Origin: Vermamoeba vermiformis | Taxonomy: Eukaryota | Length of the DNA stretch: 64,000 nt | Reading direction: 5' to 3' | Assembly: GCA_045837725.1 (NCBI GenBank) | Contig: JBEWZL010000003.1 | Coordinates: 1 to 64,000, forward strand | Shown here: piece after piece, positions 52,516 to 64,000 of the stretch | Layout: each line of letters starts with the position of its first letter | Position numbering within the stretch: position 1 is the first letter of the stretch | Notes under the pieces: generated by a model | Database searches by the model: none | The model's input: the letters and a program-made list of their open reading frames with translations, nothing else | What the model was told of the DNA's origin: nothing | Made by a program: the position numbers and the translations under genes

Positions 52516-54700
52516 ATGAGCGCCGTATCGTACTTTCATGCATTACCGCGAGAGATCAACTCGAAAATATTCTCTTACTTGCCACTCAGAAGCATCATAC
52601 GCAGTTTCGCAAGGTACATCTGGCCATTACGCTTGCATGTCATTTATTTAACTGTCCCTTACGTAGGTCTTCGAAAAATGCAGCTAATTTTGTGCAAGAG
52701 ATACTCTCTGATGGACTAGCAGCGCCTAATTCATTAAATATTCTAGTGACTGGTCTGCCAGGCGCAGGTAATTACGAATAAATAATTGCTATTATTTTTA
52801 AAATAACGATCCATATTGTAAGTGAATTAAACCAATTATTTGCTTCAGTTTTAAACGGATGTAAAAATTAAATTCAATTTAACGTTTTTTTAAGGCAGCA
52901 CAACCCTCTACAGCCGTTTAAAATCTGAACATGACCCTCATTCGCACATAAGCCAATTATCAGAGTCGAATGAGATCGTAACGAAACCACTCAAGCTTGT
53001 AGATGACAATTGGTACCAGATCTACGGCATTCAGCTTGAGAATATTCGTGCGAATATATGGCACGGCTCTACTAAGAAAGATTATGCAGCGATGATGTAT
53101 GCTCATTGTGGCGCTGTAAGTCATCCTCTCAAGGACGCTAAACTAAATCCGCTTGAACTGTTAATCATGTACTTATTCTACCATATACATAGTGCCAAGT
53201 AATATTATATATGGTGCCTTGTGGTGATATCGAGCAATGGAAAGCGAGAATTCAGCAAGATCTGATAACATACTTCGCTCTGACCATCAATGTTGAGTGG
53301 ATTTTCGTCATTAACAAAATGGATCAAGTGCAATATCAAGAGCAAGGTACTGCAATAGGTCCCGGCTAGTAATACTTATGACGTCTAATATAACTATTAG
53401 AGTATAACAAATGCGTGGAGGTCATCAAAAACTTGGCGGTGAAGGTGTTTGGAAGGAAACGGCTGAATCAACTTCACTTCGTGCCGATGACCGTTAATGA
53501 CATGTCAGTACCTATGAAAAGATATACTAATGCACATACGACATGGTTCAACTACAATGAATCGAGTCTATGGACCACTTTGAATAATGTCGCGAGTGAA
53601 AGAGGACATCCAAAGTACAGTCATCTTTTCAAAAAATTACACGCTACAATAGTTCAAAAATATACTAAACTAAGCACGCCCAATACACGTGTTTTAGGAG
53701 TATATATCCTAGGTAAGATATTGGAAGGCTAGTCCGATCGAAGATCTGATCCATAATTTTCTTAGACGGATGTGTCTCAATTGGCGATAAAATTCAGATT
53801 TATCCATTTGGCTTCAACAAAATTACTACCCTTTCCTATACACCTGAGCCCTCGAACGTCGAAGTCATCGAGATCCAATCCAATCACTCGTCACGTACAA
53901 TGGCCTTACCCAAGTAAGCCAAATTGATTTATACGTCCTCGTTATATAACGGTATATAATTATCATATTGCTATTAGCTCGTACGTCACACTAGGATTAC
54001 GGCTACAATGGCTGCATCCAATCAAGGTACGTACGGTTTGTCCAATTCTTTTCCTAATTTGGAATTAACATGTTACGCACTTCTCTACAGAAATTTCATA
54101 TCGTGCGTTACCCCGAAATAAAAGGCACCTATCGCAGCAACAATGGACCTGACAAGTACTTCCTCGCCTCTCTGCTCCACGTTGGCGATATTGTACCGGA
54201 GTACAAATGGAAAGGCCAGATCTCGAAGGTATGCTTCATGGCTATAAAAGTCAAATAAGTAATGGCCTATCAGGGATATACAGGCGCTATGCATAGTCTT
54301 GGTATCCGCGGCAGTGTCAATGTCGTGAGAATTTTGAGCATTTGGAAGGACGGCAAAAGTCTTGATTTAAAAGCAGTGCAAGAAGAGAGAAAGTGCATTG
54401 CTATTCGAAAAGGTAATAATAATAATAACAATAATAACAATAATAATGTCATAGTCGGAGTTAACTAGCTTACCATAACCATTTGTTTATTTAACAGGCG
54501 AGAGAGCTGAAGTAATTCTGGAGCGACCAAATCCAGTATCAACGTTGAATATAACCAAGCGCAGCTATTATCAGCAGTATAGTGACACCGTGCACGGTCG
54601 ATTTGTAATTTTGAATCAAAAATCACATGTCGTTGCTGTAGGCTCTGTGACTCGTGGATTTGCATACGACGACTGTGATTACGATCAATACAAATATTAA
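52516..54700 (+). CDS. F-box domain fused to a degenerate eEF1A/eRF3/HBS1-like GTPase (domains I-III)
   Basis: [23 protein letters not shown]-box; [52 protein letters not shown]...[11 protein letters not shown]...[18 protein letters not shown]; all joined by GT-AG introns. Confidence 0.8.
54415..54447. repeat. (AAT/AAC)n microsatellite in the last intron of the F-box-GTPase gene
   Basis: Read directly from the sequence. Confidence 0.9.
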
Positions 54701-54789
54701 AACGGAGTTTTGATGTGTAGTGACCGCCTTTTGTTTAAAATTGGGTTTATTTAATACTGAATGGAAATTACATGGTGACAATAACTCGC

Positions 54790-57104
<2,315 letters not shown>

Positions 57105-57416
57105 TGTTCGGTGGTGTGCAAGTCGAAAATTAATGACAACTGCGATCACGAACAAAACAAAGCTTTTGACATGCCCAGCTAGTAAGTCAATAGTGCTACA
57201 GCTAACAGTTAGTTGTTACGAAGCGAAGGTCTAAGAGCGCCAACTCAAATAAGCAGATCCGTAATATTTTTAATTCGTTTTTGTTTTATTTTTTGTTATG
57301 TACACAAAATTAACGCCGCAAAATTGTTATCGAAGGCGATCTTTGCTTTCTCGTTACAGTGCAGTTTCTTTACGAACCCTGCAGCCGTAGACGGGCATCG
57401 CATTGAAGAGTTAATA

Positions 57417-58862
57417 TTAGTCGACTTCTTCGACGGTGGGGCCAGAAGAGCGAGGAGCACCACCAGGGGCACCACCCATGCCACCCATACCGCCCATGCC
57501 GCCCATACCGCCGGGCATGCCACCGGGCATACCTCCAGGCATACCTCCGGGCATACCACCAGGGGCACCACCGGCTTGTTGGTACATCTTGGTGAAGATG
57601 GGGTTAACCAAGTCTTGCAACTCCTTCTCCTTGGCTTCGAATTCGGACTTAGCAGCCTCGGGGTTAGACTCGATCCAGGCCAAAGCTTCTTCGGAGGCCT
57701 TCTCGACGGTCTTCTTGTCTTCTTCGGAGATCTTGTCCTTGACGCCATCTTCGCGAACAGTGTTGCGGATGGAGAAGGCGAAGTTCTCGAGCTTGTTCTT
57801 GGCTTCGATTCTTTCCTTGGCAATGTTGTCTTGTTCCTTGAACTCATCGGCTTGCTTAACCATGCGCTCGATGTCTTCCTTGGAGAGACGACCCTTGTCG
57901 TTGGTGATGGTAATCTTGGAGGTCTTACCAGTTGACTTCTCAATGGCAGAGACGTTCAAGATACCGTTGGCGTCAATGTCGTAAGAGACTTCGATTTGAG
58001 GAGTACCACGAGGAGCGGGGGGAATACCAGTCAAGTCGAACTTGCCCAACAAGTGGTTGTCCTTAGTGAGAGGGCGCTCACCTTCGAAGACCTTGATGGA
58101 GACGGCGGGTTGGTAGTCGCTGTAGGTAGTGAAGGTTTCCTTCTTGTTGACGGGGATAGTAGTGTTACGAGGAATCAAAACAGTCATGACACCACCAGCG
58201 GTTTCAACACCGAGGGAGAGAGGAGCAACGTCGAGCAAGACGATTTGATCCAATTGCTTGCCCTTCTTGCCGGCCAAAATAGCGGCTTGGACGGCAGCAC
58301 CGTAGGCAACGGCTTCGTCAGGGTTGATGGACTTGTTGAGTTCCTTGCCGTTGAAGAAGTCTTGCAAGAGTTGTTGAACCTTGGGGATACGAGTAGAACC
58401 ACCGACCAAGACAACTTCGTCGACCTTGGACTTGTCGATCTTGGAGTCACGGAGGACTTGTTCGACGGGTTCCAAGCAGGACTTGAAGAGGGCCATGTTC
58501 ATTTCTTCGAAGCGGGCACGAGTGATGCTAGTGTAGAAGTCAACACCTTCGTAGAGAGAGTCGATCTCGATCGAGGCCTGAGTGGAAGAGGACAAAGTTC
58601 TCTTGGCACGCTCGCAAGCAGTTCTCAAACGACGAACAGCCTTGGGGTTACCGCTGATGTCCTTGTTGGTCTTCTTCTTGAATTCGCGGATGAAGAAGTT
58701 AACCATTTGGTTATCAAAGTCTTCACCACCCAAGTGAGTGTTACCACCAGTAGCGCGGACTTCGAAGACACCTTCGTCGAGAGTCAACAAGGTAACGTCG
58801 AAAGTACCACCACCAAGATCGAAGATCAAGATGTTCTTTTCACCGCTAGCAGTCTTGTCCAA

Positions 58863-58895
<33 letters not shown>

Positions 58896-59617
58896 AATAA
58901 TACGGTGAACCTATTAATATTAATGATTAGAGTCAATTCTTATTCTTTGACTAAACGACGAAATGATGACGTAATAGATCGTAAAATATGGGATTTGATC
59001 GAATCAGATTTGAAAGAATTAAAACGGTACCGAATTAGTTAATGAAAATGAAAGAATTTTAAAATTGCTTAATTGAGAATAAAGAGGAGCAAAATAATTA
59101 CCTTGAGACCAGCAATAGTACCGGCATCCTTGGTGGCCAAACGTTGCGAGTCATTGAAGTAAGCAGGAACAGTGACGACGGCGTCCTTGACGGTAGTACC
59201 GACGAAAGCTTCGGCGACTTCCTTCATTTTGACGAGGACCATGGCAGAGATCTCTTCAGGGGCGAAATCCTTGGTCTCTCCCTTAAAGTTGACGCGAATG
59301 TAGGGCTTGTCGCCTTCCTTGGAGACGACGGTGAAGGGCCAGTGCTTCATATCATCTTGGACGGTGTGGTCAGAGAACTTGCGACCGATCAAGCGCTTGG
59401 AGTCGAAGACTGTGTTTTCGGGATTCAAGGCAACTTGAGACTTGGCGGCATCACCAATCAAACGCTCAGTGTCGGTGAAGGCAACGTAGGAAGGAGTAGT
59501 TCTGTTTCCTTGGTCGTTGGGGATAATTTCAACACGATCGTTTTGCCAGATACCAACACAAGAGTAGGTGGTTCCGAGATCGATACCGACGCAGGGCCAG
59601 CCAGCAACTTGAGACAT
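57417..59617 (-). CDS. HSP70: Cytosolic Hsp70 with one intron (~58910-59101)
   Basis: [27 protein letters not shown] repeats, C-terminal GPTVEEVD. Confidence 0.99.
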
Positions 59618-59750
59618 GTTTCTGTTGTGTGACTAGTGAATTGAATCAAAAGAATGAATGAAAGGGTTTGAAAGCGAAAAAAAAAGTTTTTTATTTTGTT
59701 CTGTTCTCGCAATTAGAAATCACCCACAATTCCAACTTGGATCTCAGTGG

Positions 59751-59800
59751 GATTTCTAGTCCAATTCCATGTGAAATCTCAATGAAACTTCAAGGAAACG
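59751..59800. promoter_or_regulatory. Imperfect heat-shock-element-like nGAAnnTTCn array upstream of HSP70
   Basis: tGAAacTTCaaGgA at ~59783-59796; a further TTCtaGAA at 60241. Confidence 0.3.
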
Positions 59801-61273
59801 ACCACCAACTCCGAAGAAGAGCGGATCTGTCGTTAAGGATACGTTAGGCTAGCGGGTAGATTAATAGATTAAAACACAAGCGATTTTCAAGAGTGGAAAC
59901 CCAAATGCTTGATCCGTCACGACGTCAGCGCTGCTTACAGAGTTGACGTTACCGCGAACTAATTCGGGAGTGGTAGACTCTGCGTAGAATAAGCACTTGA
60001 AGAAGAGACAAACAATAAGTTTTAGTAACTGGTCTTTATTAGGTCGTTAATACACTGTGATTAGGGTTATTATGCAAGAACCCATATGCTGTTAGCTTGC
60101 TAGCGATTCCTGTTAACATGAAGTTAGCGGTCAATGCAAGGAGACAGCTCATAGGCAAAAAGGGTCGAATTGGGATTGGATCAGACAGCACTTTTTATCG
60201 TGCGATTTTGTCACACTTAAATGCCTGTACTCGCGGAGGGTTCTAGAAAGCCGAGGCTTTCATCCGGGCACAGGCTCGAGGTTAGGCTATCCATCATTTG
60301 AAGATCGACCGAAGATCAAGATCACTCAGGCCAAAAGAAAAAAACTTTACCTTTGTCCGCCATGCACCCTGCGGTTTGCTTGCTATTCAACCGTATGGCT
60401 TGGAACTGCAGCGCACAGGAGCCGGCACCGTTCGAACGCATCTAATCGCGAATCAGAATCTGAAATGAGCAAAAATATAACCAAATAAATTTAAAAAAAA
60501 TTGTGAGTGACTCAGATCTTATCAGAAGTCATCAAGAGAAATTCTGACATATGCTTGTCGTTTGTGTAGTTTAAATCCCGGTCACTCGATCCAAGATCGT
60601 CAAACAACCCAATAAAATTTACCTTTCAGTGCTTGCCTGGCATGCTCAACTACTTTTATATCCTAAACTTGAGATGGGTATTAGTAAATTGCTCTAAGCG
60701 ATCGTAAAAAATAAGCAAAAAGTGTTTAAAGAAAAGCGATCAGAAACCGCGTCCCTGGCAAGAGACGGGCCAATGAAAATATGTAATCTTAGTCGTCATT
60801 TGGGGAAAGAAATTTGTCATCACTTCTTTTCTTTGTAATTGATATCAATAGGTGGATCCAAAGTAAAAGGTTTACTTACTCATTGCCTAAGCATATGACT
60901 GGACGGCACTAAGTCAATTGCATGACTAGTGTTCAATGTTATGAGGATTAGAGAATAATGAAACAATAGAAGGCCCAACAAACAAATCTCGAGCGATTGA
61001 GGGCTTGGCTGAAAAAACGTGGCTTGAAATTTTTGGCTTGATTTTTTTTAAGGAACTAAAAATACCGTTCGGCACAACCTGGGCAAGTCCTAAGATGAAT
61101 ACGACATACGGCGTTTAGCTTAGTGCCAAGAAGCTAGTCTATAGTTTCGCTATTATACAATGACCAAGATTATAATTTCGTGCGGGATCGGCGCCGACAA
61201 CGCAGTTTACGCTTCATAAGGGCTGTATCTCCTTGAAACTGTACAATTTTTACTTAATTTACGAGGTATGAAA

Positions 61274-64000
61274 TTACAATCCGTTAAATTTTAGCTTATT
61301 CGCAACAAAAATGTTTCTAAACAATCGTTCCATATCCTCTTTACTGGCGGCACGTTTTAGCCAAGGATGCTAAAGAAATTAATGTTAATATCTTGCTATC
61401 GATGTCATTGGGTTCTAGTATTGCTACTTACAGCTAATAGTTGTTTAACTGTCCAGCGTTGGGCAGGTACGATCTGTAAACAATGGGACATAAAATCCTT
61501 AAACTCGTTCGAGAACCGTTTGGGATCTTCAAAAGGGTCGGGATAGCCATCGGTAACAGCTACAAACATCGCCTAGTAAGAAAGAAATCAATACAATGCA
61601 CTTGCTATAATAAGAAAAATCGGTACGAAAATACGGTTGGATTAAGTAATCCCGAGAATAGAACTCCCATATTTACCTTTATCGATGACTTGCGGTTTGG
61701 CGGGTGACCGTTGGCAAGCTCCATTAGACATACACCTAGTGACCAGACATCCACGGGTAAACCGTGAGGATCCCGACGAATCATTTCTGGCGGCATCCAA
61801 AACGGTGATCCAACCATATGAACGACTTCTCCTTGAGACACATCGGAGCAGAGACCAAAATCGACTAAACGAGTAAATAATTAGTACAAGGTTTAGCCTC
61901 CTACGAGTTATTGTTCCGCCGATTTCCTTTTTTAAACAATAGTAACAAATAATTGTACGTACTGAGCTTTACGGAGCCATCGTTGAAGTCTAGCATAATA
62001 TTCGCCGATTTTAGATCTCGGTGCATTAACTGATTATCGTGTAAAAAGTCTAAAGCGAAGAGGATCTGTTGACAGATGTACGCAATTTGATCTTCTTCAA
62101 ACTTATGGACGGCGACGGCCTATAATGGCAAATCGATTAATACAATTGAATACACCGCAACGACTGTTTATCGCATACTTGTGTTAGCGTGCCTCCCTGC
62201 ATATATTCTGTCATGAGCCATATTTCATCGCCAACCAAGTACGACCTTAGATACTTGATGATATTGGGATGCTTTGCATATTGTAAGAACCGCATTTCCT
62301 AGCGACGAGAAATCAAGCGATTAGTTTCAAGAACACTTTGACACGTATCAAGCGCCATTATCGAACGTACTTGGAAGTTTTTGCGTTGTTGCTTGCTCGT
62401 TACGTGAGGTATTCTTTTGACGGCTATCTTTCCTTTATCCTTGACAGACTTGACCATGAATACTCGGCCAAACCCTCTATCGATGGAAGATTGTTAGGCG
62501 GAAATAAACGCGAAATTTCAGAAAAGTAATCCTTGGCGGATTTGAACTCCGACGAGGCGCAATCTTGTTGAAAAGTTTGAATACTAAATGAAACTTACCC
62601 TTTACCGATCTGTATAACGAATTTGTAGTTCCTCTTTTTAAAATCCTTTGCTAGTAGTTCCTCTGAAATGCAAGATTTAGTTTCAGATTCACGATCAGAC
62701 GGCAAATTTTGCGGAATCATACCTGCTTCTGCTTCCAATGAATTTACTGAAACTATGCTGTCCGATACTTTTGAAGGTCCATTATTGTATCGCCGCTGCT
62801 GGGGCTTATGTCGATTTTTGTATTGCTCAGTTGTGTAAAAATTGTGCTTCGTTTTAAAGTGTAGAATGTTGATTACGTATGAGAAGAATTTATCTGCATC
62901 CGTCTCTGATATTTCTGATTTAATTACTTTCCTCCTTAGATCTTCGGGCAACTCCTATTAAAAAAAACAGATTTTGACATATTAGCAATTTTAAAAAATA
63001 TCGCAGCATTCTTTAGACTTACATCGAATGAATCTACTATATACGTCTTGCGCTGATAATCCACCATTATTAGTTATATTTACAGGATGAATTCTTTTGT
63101 TTTGAGATGCGCGTCGAGCGTAGTGACTATTTACAAATATGAAAAGCGCACGTTGTTATTTATGATTGGCCCTACTGAGCACGGTCTATAAAATCTTTTT
63201 GATTTTTGCGCTTGACGTGTTCGATCTTCTGTTGTTTTGTTTCCGTCTTCAAAAAAACTAAAAAAAATTGCAACGAAACAAAAAAAGCCTTGGGAACCGG
63301 AAGAATTAATCCTTAATCGTAAACCACTCCGCCAGGGCCATGACACCGAGAAAGCAGTCGGATTTTAGCTCCGCCGCGAAAATTTGTTTGGGGCCTTGCT
63401 GAAACATGACCTTATTTGGGAGATTTTCTTGAGATTGTCGGGATCCGCTATCGACCTGGTTGACCGGCGATGGGCTCTTGACATCTTGAGAGCGGAAGGA
63501 CAAACGTTATATGTATGGTTCCGCTTTAATCTTTGCCCTTGGCGCTGGGTTCACGAAGGGACCATCCAAGGTTCGAACAATTTGAAAGGCGTACAAAATT
63601 CCTCTTTTAGAGCAACGGAATATGAATTTCAGGTATAAAATGGACCGAACCGACAAAGGTAAGCGATAGTCACTAGCTACGAGATCGCGCATCTAAAATT
63701 GAAATTGAATCTGATCGCTTACCGCTACGACGCCTCCAGCTTCTTCTGATCGTTTGGCCATTACTACTTCTCCAGCGTCTACGTTCACAACGGGCTTTTC
63801 TTTTGCGGGCACTACCTTGGTAATCTCAACACTAAATAGAGGTGCGGATTAACCACTGATATTAAGTAATGTATAAAACTAAATAAGGATTATCGAAAAT
63901 GGAGTATACATAATAGTTCCTCCTTACGGAGGCATATTAAATACGAGACCAATCCGTAGATACTATTTTTTGGGGCTGCAAGATCAAGCAAAAAATTGAA
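61274..64000 (-). CDS. STE20/PAK-like Ser/Thr kinase, 5'-partial
   Basis: IGKGGFGRV, IAVKR, HRDLKSANIML, DFG, MVGSPFWMPPEMI, DVWSLG; an upstream segment resembles the PAK autoinhibitory region. Confidence 0.92.

Noticed and set aside
57470-57570. Tandem 9-12 bp repeats
   Set aside because: They encode the ordinary GGMP linker of cytosolic Hsp70; not CRISPR-like.
57996-59042. Long antisense ORFs opposite HSP70 (also opposite DLD, the giant gene and the retroelement)
   Set aside because: Shadow frames caused by codon bias; no independent motifs.
60400-60450. tRNA-like GTTCGAAC motif
   Set aside because: No cloverleaf or acceptor stem could be built.

Overview
Gene-dense, intron-rich eukaryotic DNA with short GT-AG introns (two probable GC-AG). 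The gene content (actin-fragmin kinase domain, family-3 GPCR, fimbrin-type CH domains) suggests an amoebozoan protist; this is inference. The first ~7 kb is a nested transposon island: the possible right end of a CACTA-like element, an intact tyrosine-recombinase (Ngaro/DIRS-type) retrotransposon (gag, RT-RNase H, YR), and a CpG-erased relic whose depletion extends into a host gene. The rest holds about 22 host genes, all with hand-built exon models. The most notable signals are two F-box proteins whose C-terminal modules are degenerate copies of core proteins: a PP2A B55 propeller lacking most of its scaffold-binding arm, and an eEF1A-family pseudo-GTPase. Also notable are an actin-fragmin kinase-nitrilase-propeller fusion and a 118-bp copy of the HSP70 upstream region inside an intron 11 kb away.
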